Positions 49,176 through 58,354 of a DNA stretch of 64,000 bases are shown one piece after another. The stretch is from Clostridiales bacterium UBA5448. GTDB lineage: Bacteria > Bacillota > Clostridia > Oscillospirales > SIG627. The notes below the pieces were generated by a model. It saw nothing but the letters and a program-made list of their open reading frames with translations, did no database searches and had not been told where the DNA came from. How positions within the stretch are numbered: position 1 is the first letter of the stretch; each line of letters begins with the position of its first letter. The position numbers and the translations under genes are program-made. The stretch is from assembly GCA_002427425.1 (NCBI GenBank), contig DIRA01000014.1, positions 363,540-427,539 on the forward strand, in the 5' to 3' direction.

Positions 49176-50570
49176 TCACCGAGGTTTGGATTTGTATATG
49201 GTACCGACGGGTGTTTTATCCGCCAAAGATAGCAATTCGCTCACTGTGACCAAACGGTATCCTTTTTCTTGCAGCTGATGCAAGAGAATGGGCAGCGCCT
49301 GTACCTCTTCAGGCACATTTTCATGTATGACCACAATAGAACCGCTTCTGATTTTTTTTAAATAACACTCCGCTACCGTTTGGGCGGTCATACCCTTGGT
49401 TCCTTTGGCACCCAACTCTTTATCCTGCTGAAGATTCACTGACCAATGTATGATGAACTGAGAGGATTTTTTAACGATCCCGTCTTGTATGCCACCATAA
49501 GGCGGGCGGAGGACGCGAGGGGTGACTCCACATAGAGTATACACGAGATTTTGGGTTTTTTCAATAGATTGGAGAACATCCGCTTGTGACATTTGCAAAA
49601 AGTTTTGATAGGAGTGGGATAAATTACCGATTTCATTGCCGCATTCCAAAATGGAATTCAATGCGCGGGTAGCCGTTATGGCATGGGCTTCTTCCAGGGT
49701 TTCTCCCAAGACGAAAAAGGTGCCCTGCGCATTCTGCTTTTTCAATTCATTTAAAATGGATAAGGTGGTATCGCTGATCCCTCCTTCAAAGGTGATCGCC
49801 ACCGCCCGTTCTTTTTGCCCCACCGGATCATAGGCGGTATCCACCGTACCGAAACTATAGAGCTTGCATTCCGGTACCTCGATCATCGTTCGTTTGCCCA
49901 GTCCCAAAGAGGAGGCATCGATATAAATTTCCATCCCCCCTGCATCGTCATCAATCAGACGAAAATCCTCCGGTTCCGGAAGCTTGGATGTAAAAGCAAC
50001 AGCACTTTCCCGGGAGATACCGTACTGTGCGATCAAATAGTCGGTCATATATGCTTTCAAATGCTCCAGATAGTTTTCACTTTCCAACAATTCTCCCAAA
50101 GATAAAAATCGAACTTCCTCCACATTCACATACAAAGCGAAATAAAAGCTATCCAGGTATACACCGTTTTGATAGGCATCCAGAACAAAGGAGAAATCAT
50201 ACCGGGATTCTTCGGCGAAATAATTAAAATCCAGTTTGACCAGGGTCGCCTTTTCTGGGATCAGTGCATCCAGCCGCTCCCGCAGCTTGTTGCTGATCAA
50301 AGAGGTAAGGGCTACATGGGTATGGACGGGAAAACACAGGGATTCATGGCATGACCCCTGGTCGGATTCGGTTCTGAGCGCATGAAAACCCGATGCGTCG
50401 GGAAAATCCAACGCATCGGCGTAAAAAACCAGATTGTTATAGGATTGCTCGGCAATATAGGAATCCTTTTTCAGATTTTGATGAATGTCCGGGCCTCTAT
50501 CCTGCTTTTGGCAGGACACCAGAACCAGACATAACACCAAAAACAGACAAGCAAGCCTGCATTTGGTCAT
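49176..50570 (-). CDS. Lipoprotein with a C-terminal NodB-homology (polysaccharide deacetylase-like) domain; motifs are non-canonical
   Basis: Lipobox LVLVSCQ. The NodB-like motifs read ITFEGG (canonical TFDDG), LSHSYQN (canonical H-S/T-x-x-H) and LRPPYGG (canonical). Confidence 0.65.
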   Translation of the reverse strand: MTKCRLACLFLVLCLVLVSCQKQDRGPDIHQNLKKDSYIAEQSYNNLVFYADALDFPDASGFHALRTESDQGSCHESLCFPVHTHVALTSLISNKLRERLDALIPEKATLVKLDFNYFAEESRYDFSFVLDAYQNGVYLDSFYFALYVNVEEVRFLSLGELLESENYLEHLKAYMTDYLIAQYGISRESAVAFTSKLPEPEDFRLIDDDAGGMEIYIDASSLGLGKRTMIEVPECKLYSFGTVDTAYDPVGQKERAVAITFEGGISDTTLSILNELKKQNAQGTFFVLGETLEEAHAITATRALNSILECGNEIGNLSHSYQNFLQMSQADVLQSIEKTQNLVYTLCGVTPRVLRPPYGGIQDGIVKKSSQFIIHWSVNLQQDKELGAKGTKGMTAQTVAECYLKKIRSGSIVVIHENVPEEVQALPILLHQLQEKGYRLVTVSELLSLADKTPVGTIYKSKPR

Positions 50571-50600
50571 ACGTCCTTTCCTTTCAACTTTGGTATGGGA

Positions 50601-51017
50601 TTATCTTTTTTTCAATCGTGTCTTTCTTTTTCCGGATTTCCTCATGGCGTTTAGGCACCCGCCGCAAACCCCTGCGGGAATCACGGGCAGCACCGAAACA
50701 AAGGCTGTCAGCGCGGACACGTTTAATAGCAGAAGGGATAAAAGAAACATGACACCGGCAAACAAAGCAGAGGTGCCAATGGAACGCACCAGACAGTTTT
50801 GTTTGGAACGAGAAGATACCCAGCCGCCTAAAAAGCCGCTGAAAATCTGAACACCCAACACAAAATAAGGTTCAAACCGTTCGCTTTTCGGAATTTTTTC
50901 CAACAGCCAGACACTGAGGGCCAATAAGGCAAATGCCAGAACGAGTGAAAGTAGTGTACTGTATAAGATGGTTTTCAGGGAAGAATGTTTTCTCGTGTTT
51001 TGTACGGTGGCGGTCAT
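50601..51017 (-). CDS. Small polytopic membrane protein (TIGR04086/YrzE-like)
   Basis: 138 aa with four predicted TM helices and a basic C-terminal tail (KSGKRKTRLKKR). Its GAGGAGGG RBS overlaps the stop codon of the upstream giant gene. Confidence 0.55.
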   Translation of the reverse strand: MTATVQNTRKHSSLKTILYSTLLSLVLAFALLALSVWLLEKIPKSERFEPYFVLGVQIFSGFLGGWVSSRSKQNCLVRSIGTSALFAGVMFLLSLLLLNVSALTAFVSVLPVIPAGVCGGCLNAMRKSGKRKTRLKKR

Positions 51018-51029
51018 AGGTAACCCTCC

Positions 51030-54000
51030 TCACACCGCATTGTATGCATCGGTTTGTAAGAGTATTCCTTTTGCCTCCTCCAATTTCGAAAGGATTTCTT
51101 CCATACAGGAATCACTGTCCTTGAACCAAGCAGGCGCATACACACGGCAGATTTTCCAGCCCGATTTTTCCAGATTGTCCTGTAAAAGCACTTCCCGGCT
51201 GAACGCATCCGAGGAGAAGCGCAGGGCGGTGTCGTCTAGCAAAATCCCCATCAGACAGGTATCCGGTTTATCGGGATGCATGACACCAATATCCAAAGAA
51301 GTATAAAGGGGGCAACGGGTCATATATCCTTTTTGGTGTAAAAACGTACAAATTTTTTGCCGTACCACTTCATCCGTGGAAGTTTCTGTTTCAACCAAGG
51401 CGGGACGATAGACGGTTTTGGATTCCAAAGCCTTGAAAAAGTGCTGAAAAGCGCCGTATCCATCCTGCAGAGTGGGACAGAGAATGAGTTCTTCGGGGGC
51501 AAAAGAGGTGATAACAGTCAGTTGTTTTTTCACCGATGTACGCATCATGGCAAGGCGGGTTTCTCCGTCTGGCATGGAAAGAACCGCTCTGCGGGGTAGA
51601 GTTCCGCTTTGGGATTCGAGGGTAAAAACGGGAGAAAAGAGAATATGATCTCGGGGCATATAAACTGCTGAAGGCAGAGCGGATATGTATAAAGGCTCGG
51701 ATGCCTGTTCCAGGACAGAAGCAATGTCCGGTTTTTCCATCATGAGGCGGGACAAATGCTGTTCGATGCACCGTTGTTGACGTGCATGCATGGTAAAAAC
51801 ACCCACAGAAAAGGTTTCCGGATGTTGTACACACTCTTTGGCCATGGTAAAAATGGTTTGGGCTATCCATCTGGCTTCCGTTACATTGACATCGTTTTCA
51901 TCGCAATGCCCGCCGGTGACAACCACGTGAACCACATCCCTGAAATCAACGGGGGTGGGGGCAGGCAAGAGCGGCTTGGAGGGGATAGGAGATGTCAGGG
52001 AAGATAGAATGGCATGCATTCTGCCGGGGGAGGTATAGTTTTCGGTCAGTACTGTCCGAACAGGACATACAGGACGAAGGACGGCATATAAAGATTGTAT
52101 TTCTTCCTGTCTGGGGGAAACCAGGTGGCTGTCCTCGGCATAGGGACGACTGATACCTCCGTGGTGGTGCACAGCAGTGCGGGAAGATAATACCACGGCC
52201 CGATCGCCCAGCATGGTCAAGGCACAGGCGGTATGGGAAGGAATCAGATGGGCATCATCTAAAATCACATAATCAAAATTCCAAAAATTCGGCTTATCGC
52301 AAACCTGCCGCAACAGAGAAGCATGGCAGGCAAGGACACAGGGGAAGCGGGCGTTGGCGGCATGGGGAAGGGAAGCATACAATTTCATGCCGTTCATTTT
52401 TCCGTTGGATTCCAGACAGCGGGCATATTGGGGGGAACTCCGGAGATGCTCTCTGTGGAAAGAAGCGCATATGTTGGCATGGGCAGAGCAAAATGCCAGA
52501 ACAGACTGCTCCCGATAGGTTTTTTCCAGTTTTTTCAGATGCTGTACTTTCTGTAAATAGACAGCGGGATCGAAATCTTTCAAAGCGTCTTCCGTGATGG
52601 AAATGGAGCGGCAAGCTGCTTCAAAAAAACCTTTGATGAAAGAGGCTTCCATTTCTTCGGCGGTGACAGGGTTGTTTTCATACAATGACACCACTTTTCC
52701 CAAGCCCATTTTGATGGCTTGATCCCGTGCGGTAAGCCATAGGCACCATTGGGGGAGGGATTCCACCCCTCGCTGGGTTTCCAACAAGATGTCCATACGC
52801 CGTAAAAATGGTTTATCCGCTGTTTTTTCATAGGGGGCAAAGTCAATATGCAACAGAGATGCCAAGGTGTTCACCAAGTCAAGCCAGGTTTTATAGGCAT
52901 CTTCTGCCTGGCTCAATTCATCGACAAGATGGGAAGGGGAATCGGGCAGAGCGTTGGCAACGGCAGCCAATTCCCTGTTTGCCGAAACACGGCTGCGATA
53001 ATCAATACACACATTGACCGCGGCATACAGTTGTTTGATCGTGTCCGAGGGCAGTTCATCCAGTCCCGCCTCGGTGAAGTGAAACAGATTCATCAGAAGA
53101 GGGAAGCTTTCGTTGGCTCTTTGTAGATGCTGGGTATATTCTGCCAATCGGTTCAAAACAACATCAATCTGACATTTTCGGCAGTCGAAAATGTCTTTGG
53201 ATGCCAGATGAAGGGCATCCAGTATGGTGCGGCGGACCGCTTTTTTCTTAAAGAAGGGAAGTTCTTCACTGGTCTGCCAGTCGTACTGCATTTGCATAAT
53301 GGGCAACGTGTACACGTCATCCTCAAACATAAGGCTCAATTCTTCCCGCAGTTCCAAGGCATCCATGGCACTTTGGAGGGAAGCGCTCAAAGCATCTTCC
53401 TGTTCTTTCCATCCGGGATATGCCAAAAAGGTTTTAACCATGGACATATGGTTGGAAGCCAACTGCCGGACAAAGGTAAACAGGCTATTCACTGAGGTGG
53501 GAGTTGAGGGGATTTCCTCTATGTGCAAGGTGCGGCAAAGAGAATCAATGAACGTGGTGAAATGGTCATAGTGAGAAAGCGCATCGGTCAACATCAACGG
53601 AACTCTGCGGAGATCATAGGGAGAACAGGTCAGGGCCTTTACATAGCGCAAGGGGTTGTTATAGGGTTCCCCGCAGGCTTTGCCGCAGCAAAACAGGGTG
53701 GCCGCCATGTCAAACCGGGCGGCAAATTCTTTCTTGTACAGTCCTGAGAGTTCCAAAGGCGTGAAAGGAACAGCTTTTGCATGACGACAGCGTTCGTATT
53801 CCTGCAAAGCGCGGTTAAAAGAGAAGCCGAACAACTGGACTTTTTTCAAAGCATAGTAGTAAGCATCCAATTCCTTTTTGAGCTTAGTAATATCGGACAA
53901 CAAAATATGGAGAGGGGGTTCGGTTTTGGGATCGCCTTCTTCAGACAGGGGGAAAGAGGGAACGACCCCTTCCGATTGCTCCCCGAAGGCAAAAATGGAT

Positions 54001-56138
54001 TCTTCTAGGCCCAAGTTCTTCAACCGGGCATACAGATCGTTCATGGCATAGTGGCTGCCGGCTGCATACAGCACCCGCTTGCCCGAAGCCATCAGATGGA
54101 AAATGAGATTTTCGGCTACCCGGGTTTTTCCGCTGCCTTCCTCGCCTTCAATCAGAGAAATAGGATGCATCAAGGCGGCATCAAAGCCTTCCCGCTGTTT
54201 GCCGTCCATGGGAAGCAGGGAGACCGCGGGGGGATGGAAATCCGTTGTTTGTGTTTGAGGAAATTTTTTGGTAATCAGGCCCGCTGTGACAGGATGTGCC
54301 CGAAGAGCGGCAGGGTGAAGTAGGGACAGCATTTTCATGTCATCCCAGGCAAAAATACCTAAACAAGCTCCCTGATACATCGTTACGGAAGCGCAGAGAG
54401 AAAACGCCGCTTCCATTTGCTTCAACGCAGCCGGAATTACATCGGCCGCTTTGGTTCCCCACAAGGGGGGCAATCCCTGGGGGCGAATGCCGAATAGCCG
54501 CTCCATTTTTTCCAGCAATCCTTCGTGGTACAAAGGTTCTTCTCCGGCGGAGGTGATGTAAAACTGATTGCTTTCATGACATTTTATCATTTTTATCGGC
54601 AACAAAATGGCAGGACCGTAGCGGTATTCATCGAGGGATGTTTCTCGAAAACGAATCAATCCAAATCCAATGCATAACCCGGATATCCCTTTCGTCGCAG
54701 CTCGATTGCTTGCGCGGCGGGCAAGAGGGGATACGTGTTCGCACAATTCCCGCTCCTTAAAAAAGGTATACAAACAGGGGGGGGCATCCTCGTTGTCCTC
54801 CATGCCGGCGGATAACTGGCTGCCAATCAGTGCCAAATCTTCGGGCGTTCTGCCTTCCACCGAAAATTGATAGGGAGTGGCAGCGATACGAACTTTTTTT
54901 GATTTTCCCAATATTGACAGAATACGGGCAGGCTGGCTGTCAATCAAGGAAATCCCATTGCCCCCTTTGTGGGTGAGCAGGAGAATTTCATTTTCCTGAG
55001 AGGCAAGGAGTTTGCGAAAGGTTGCGGCAGTTCGATCGAAGGCATCTCCTTCGGTATCAAGGATCAAATCGTCATATCCGGGGAGTGTGCCGGAAGTACG
55101 ACAGTCTGTGTGTTCAAAATAAAAACCTTCTCCTTCACTCACCCGATTGGGCAGGGGAGAAAGACCGCAGCGACGGGCACGTCGAATATCCACAGCCATT
55201 ACAAAATGCTCTGTATGATCGTTCATGATATTTTTGGCATTTCTCACCGCATCGGCAAAGGAGATGGCTGTGCCGTAAGCAAAAGAGCCGGAATCAATCC
55301 AACAAACCGCTTCTTTTTTGGGTGTGATGGGATCCGGGAGGAACAAGGTTTCATAGGTATCCACCACCGGGGACGGATAACAAAGTTCCCGGATAAAACA
55401 ACCCACCAGTGCCTGAGAGCCAAACAGGGCAATGACGGGATGACAGCCCATGGCTTCCAACAGAGAAGCATACAGCAGGGCAATTTCCAGGCTGTTGCCG
55501 CTTCTGGTATGGATAACGCCTTCGGGAAATTTCAACTTTAACCCTTTTTGGGAATAGTCAGGCGCTTGCATGGCATAGGACAGACGCAAGGTGCGAAGAG
55601 TATGATACAGACATTCCATCATGGTCATGATGGATTTGGGGCTATGATTGCCGTATTCCCGCTTCCGGAAAATTCCCCGGGTTATGAGCACCTGGCTGGC
55701 GGCGGAGGCGATTTTATCGATTTCGGGCTGGGCGGGGGAAACCAGTACGGAAAGAAGTTCAGGCAAGGTTTCACTGCCGCTCCAACCATCGGCTGTAATC
55801 AGGGTCATGCCCCGCTTGCCTTCCGCCACGATCTGACCGTCTTTTTCCAAAGAAACGAACACAGTGGCGGGTACGGGTTCTTTCAGGTAAGCTAGGTATG
55901 TACTGTCAAAAGACAATTCCGGGGTACAAACTGCATAGGCGGATTTTTCCTCCAGTTTACCCAAAGGGATCTTCTTTTCAACAAAAAAGGCAGGGGAAAC
56001 ACGGATGGTAACAGTCAATCCTTCCAGTGTTTCACCCGGATTTTCAATCAGAATTCTATGGATCAGGGGCAGACGATTATAAGAAGAACCGTATCCGTAA
56101 ACCGTTACAACTTCTAATTGCACTCGAATTGCATTCAT
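51030..56138 (-). CDS. Giant (about 1702 aa) DUF4011-type SF1 (Upf1-like) helicase-family protein. It has an N-terminal transglutaminase-fold-like region and a C-terminal Vsr/DUF559-like domain (HheA-like).
   Basis: Motifs read by eye:
- DUF4011-like core: GLCIGFGLIRFRE...YGPAILLPIKM
- Walker A: IEGEEGSGKTRVAENLIFHLMASGKRVLYAAGSHYAMNDLYARL
- motif II-like: FDYVILDDAHL
- later helicase-like stretches: LTENYTSPGRMHAIL, NVTEARWIAQ, RLAMMRTSVKKQLTVITSF
- C-terminal stretch: LDIGVMHP...GILLDD...SGWKICRVYAPAWFKD

The start at 56138 (MNAIRV, GGGAGAG RBS) is preferred over 56171, which overlaps the upstream gene. Confidence 0.7.
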   Translation of the reverse strand: MNAIRVQLEVVTVYGYGSSYNRLPLIHRILIENPGETLEGLTVTIRVSPAFFVEKKIPLGKLEEKSAYAVCTPELSFDSTYLAYLKEPVPATVFVSLEKDGQIVAEGKRGMTLITADGWSGSETLPELLSVLVSPAQPEIDKIASAASQVLITRGIFRKREYGNHSPKSIMTMMECLYHTLRTLRLSYAMQAPDYSQKGLKLKFPEGVIHTRSGNSLEIALLYASLLEAMGCHPVIALFGSQALVGCFIRELCYPSPVVDTYETLFLPDPITPKKEAVCWIDSGSFAYGTAISFADAVRNAKNIMNDHTEHFVMAVDIRRARRCGLSPLPNRVSEGEGFYFEHTDCRTSGTLPGYDDLILDTEGDAFDRTAATFRKLLASQENEILLLTHKGGNGISLIDSQPARILSILGKSKKVRIAATPYQFSVEGRTPEDLALIGSQLSAGMEDNEDAPPCLYTFFKERELCEHVSPLARRASNRAATKGISGLCIGFGLIRFRETSLDEYRYGPAILLPIKMIKCHESNQFYITSAGEEPLYHEGLLEKMERLFGIRPQGLPPLWGTKAADVIPAALKQMEAAFSLCASVTMYQGACLGIFAWDDMKMLSLLHPAALRAHPVTAGLITKKFPQTQTTDFHPPAVSLLPMDGKQREGFDAALMHPISLIEGEEGSGKTRVAENLIFHLMASGKRVLYAAGSHYAMNDLYARLKNLGLEESIFAFGEQSEGVVPSFPLSEEGDPKTEPPLHILLSDITKLKKELDAYYYALKKVQLFGFSFNRALQEYERCRHAKAVPFTPLELSGLYKKEFAARFDMAATLFCCGKACGEPYNNPLRYVKALTCSPYDLRRVPLMLTDALSHYDHFTTFIDSLCRTLHIEEIPSTPTSVNSLFTFVRQLASNHMSMVKTFLAYPGWKEQEDALSASLQSAMDALELREELSLMFEDDVYTLPIMQMQYDWQTSEELPFFKKKAVRRTILDALHLASKDIFDCRKCQIDVVLNRLAEYTQHLQRANESFPLLMNLFHFTEAGLDELPSDTIKQLYAAVNVCIDYRSRVSANRELAAVANALPDSPSHLVDELSQAEDAYKTWLDLVNTLASLLHIDFAPYEKTADKPFLRRMDILLETQRGVESLPQWCLWLTARDQAIKMGLGKVVSLYENNPVTAEEMEASFIKGFFEAACRSISITEDALKDFDPAVYLQKVQHLKKLEKTYREQSVLAFCSAHANICASFHREHLRSSPQYARCLESNGKMNGMKLYASLPHAANARFPCVLACHASLLRQVCDKPNFWNFDYVILDDAHLIPSHTACALTMLGDRAVVLSSRTAVHHHGGISRPYAEDSHLVSPRQEEIQSLYAVLRPVCPVRTVLTENYTSPGRMHAILSSLTSPIPSKPLLPAPTPVDFRDVVHVVVTGGHCDENDVNVTEARWIAQTIFTMAKECVQHPETFSVGVFTMHARQQRCIEQHLSRLMMEKPDIASVLEQASEPLYISALPSAVYMPRDHILFSPVFTLESQSGTLPRRAVLSMPDGETRLAMMRTSVKKQLTVITSFAPEELILCPTLQDGYGAFQHFFKALESKTVYRPALVETETSTDEVVRQKICTFLHQKGYMTRCPLYTSLDIGVMHPDKPDTCLMGILLDDTALRFSSDAFSREVLLQDNLEKSGWKICRVYAPAWFKDSDSCMEEILSKLEEAKGILLQTDAYNAV

Positions 56139-56161
56139 AGGTACTCTCCCGTCATGATTTT

Positions 56162-58351
56162 TTATTTCCATTCCGCGCTGCGGCGAAGTATATCCGTATA
56201 ATCCAGTTTATCTTTTGCGTAGGCCTTTTTCAACAAGGCAGGCGGGATATAGGGATCGTATTTATCCTGGATGGGGCATTCGCTGATTCCCAACAATGAT
56301 TCTTTTAGGGGGAGGCTGTCTTTGGTAAGACAAACCGCCAGTTTTTGCAAGATGTCCTTTTGACCGGTACGAAAAGAAATATAATAGCAAGCATCGTATT
56401 GTATATCGGTGATATCCAGTTCCTGGGCAAAATAAACCAACAGCCGTTTTAAGGTACGAATGGCACGGGTGCCCAGCCAGGGGAACAAACAGTACCGGTT
56501 GCCCCCCAAACATACCAGAGGGTGTTTGGCAAATCCGGTTTGCCGCGCCAGGGCGCGGGCTTGGGTCAGACGGGCTGCTGCGCTGGGTTTCAAATAGGGA
56601 TATACCGTATCCTCCAACAAAACCTGTCGCATCCGTTCTAACACACGGGTATGAATTTCACCCCGATCTCCCGGCCAGGCGATTTCCATTTTTCCTTCTA
56701 CCCGCTTCACATAAATCAGCTTGCGGGAAGCATCGACTTCTTCTACTTCCCACACCCTGCCCGCCAAAGCAAAACGGTCGCCGATGGGGGGCGGTGTGGT
56801 GATGGTACCGATTTCTTCGGATTTTTCCCGCACGGTGAAATCCTCGCTGTCCTTGAAGACGGCGTAAAATCGGTAATCTCCCAGAATTCTCTCCGCAGTC
56901 ATTCCGGTGAGAATACCCCCTTCTTCTCCTTTTTCCAGTATATCCGTTTCCAGCAAGTGAATCAAGAGTGCTTTATAATCTCGCGGGGAAATTTTGGTAA
57001 ACGGCGAAAGGGAAAGAACACGATCCGCCAAAGAAGCCGGGGCCATTTCTCCTCCGGAGGCCAAGGTAGCTAACGTTTGGTGAAAGAGCAGGCTCATGGG
57101 CATTTCCCGCTGCTTGCTTTCTTCCAAAAAACGTTCCTCTAAATACAGCTGGATGATGGCGATTGCCTGAATCAGTTCCCAGGGGACCAGCTGATACAGC
57201 GGCGCGTTGGGCAAGGCTTTTTCTTCCCGGAATACCAGCATCATTTCCGGGGGTACGTCCCGTCGTCCCGAACGACCCAAACGTTGGAGAAAATTCACCG
57301 CCGTGTTGGGAGCTCCCATGTTTACGATCCGCTGCAACCGGCCGATATCTATGCCCAGTTCCAGGGTAACGGTGGCGCAGGCGGTCATGGGGCTGGTGTT
57401 TTCTTCCCGCAGGGCATATTCCGCTTCTTCCCGAATGGCAGCGGACAAATTCCCATGGTGAATCATGAAACGGTCGTTGTCCCCTTTTTTTCGGGCAATC
57501 TGGCGCAGGGTGGCGGTGACCAGTTCGGTTTCTTCCCGGGAATTGGAAAAAACCAGACATTTTTTCTTTTCGGTGGCGGCATACACAAAGGCGTATGCGC
57601 TATCCAATATCAAATCCCCTTCTTTTTCCGGCTCGTCGGCAAAAAAGTGCTGCATGGCAAGCCGCCATTTCAGGGTGGCGTTTTTCACTTCCGCAACAGA
57701 GGTTTCATAGGGTGTTCCCTGCCCCAGCCAATCTGCCACTGCCCGGGGATTTCCCACCGAGGCGGACAAGCCGATTCGCCGGGGACAATGCCCCACAAGG
57801 CGGGCGATGCGTTCCATGATACACCGGGTTTGTTCTCCCCGATCCTGCCCCGTAAAAGCGTGAATTTCATCAATGATAATATAGGACAAATGGGCAAAGA
57901 TCCGGGGAATATCGTTGGATCGATGCAGCAGCATGCTTTCCAGAGATTCGGGGGTAATTTGCAGGATTCCCCGGGGATTTTTCAAAAATTTTTCTTTGGA
58001 GCCGGCAGACACATCGCCATGCCAATGAAAAACGGGTACGCCGCTTTCGAAAAGCAGGGCATCCAAACGGGAAAACTGATCGTTAATCAGAGATTTGAGC
58101 GGGGCGATGTATAATATGTCCACCGAATTAAAATGGCGATGTTCAAGCATGGAGAGAATGGGAAATAAAGCCGCTTCGGTTTTACCCGAGGCAGTGGGAG
58201 AGGTGATGAGTAGATTATCCTCGGTTTCAAAGAGAGTATGGGCTGCCATACACTGAATTTCCCGCAATTCTTCCCAACCGTTATTGTAGATAAAACTACG
58301 GATATAGGGCGCAAAGCGATGGAAAATTTGATCCTGTGAAAGTTTTTTCAT
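56162..58351 (-). CDS. Lhr-like DEAD/DEAH-box (SF2) helicase (SngC / BrxHI-like)
   Basis: Motif I TSPTASGKTEAA, motif II DEIH, motif III SAS, motif VI QRLGRSGR. It also has a C-terminal extension of about 300 aa, as in Lhr-type helicases. 729 aa. Confidence 0.85.
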   Translation of the reverse strand: MKKLSQDQIFHRFAPYIRSFIYNNGWEELREIQCMAAHTLFETEDNLLITSPTASGKTEAALFPILSMLEHRHFNSVDILYIAPLKSLINDQFSRLDALLFESGVPVFHWHGDVSAGSKEKFLKNPRGILQITPESLESMLLHRSNDIPRIFAHLSYIIIDEIHAFTGQDRGEQTRCIMERIARLVGHCPRRIGLSASVGNPRAVADWLGQGTPYETSVAEVKNATLKWRLAMQHFFADEPEKEGDLILDSAYAFVYAATEKKKCLVFSNSREETELVTATLRQIARKKGDNDRFMIHHGNLSAAIREEAEYALREENTSPMTACATVTLELGIDIGRLQRIVNMGAPNTAVNFLQRLGRSGRRDVPPEMMLVFREEKALPNAPLYQLVPWELIQAIAIIQLYLEERFLEESKQREMPMSLLFHQTLATLASGGEMAPASLADRVLSLSPFTKISPRDYKALLIHLLETDILEKGEEGGILTGMTAERILGDYRFYAVFKDSEDFTVREKSEEIGTITTPPPIGDRFALAGRVWEVEEVDASRKLIYVKRVEGKMEIAWPGDRGEIHTRVLERMRQVLLEDTVYPYLKPSAAARLTQARALARQTGFAKHPLVCLGGNRYCLFPWLGTRAIRTLKRLLVYFAQELDITDIQYDACYYISFRTGQKDILQKLAVCLTKDSLPLKESLLGISECPIQDKYDPYIPPALLKKAYAKDKLDYTDILRRSAEWK

Positions 58352-58354
58352 GGT

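Noticed and set aside
57284-58114. 276-aa plus-strand ORF, plus other 60-200 aa ORFs inside the helicase genes
   Set aside because: They lie antisense to the Lhr-like helicase, which has a full SF2 motif set. They are Gly/Phe/Pro-rich shadow products.
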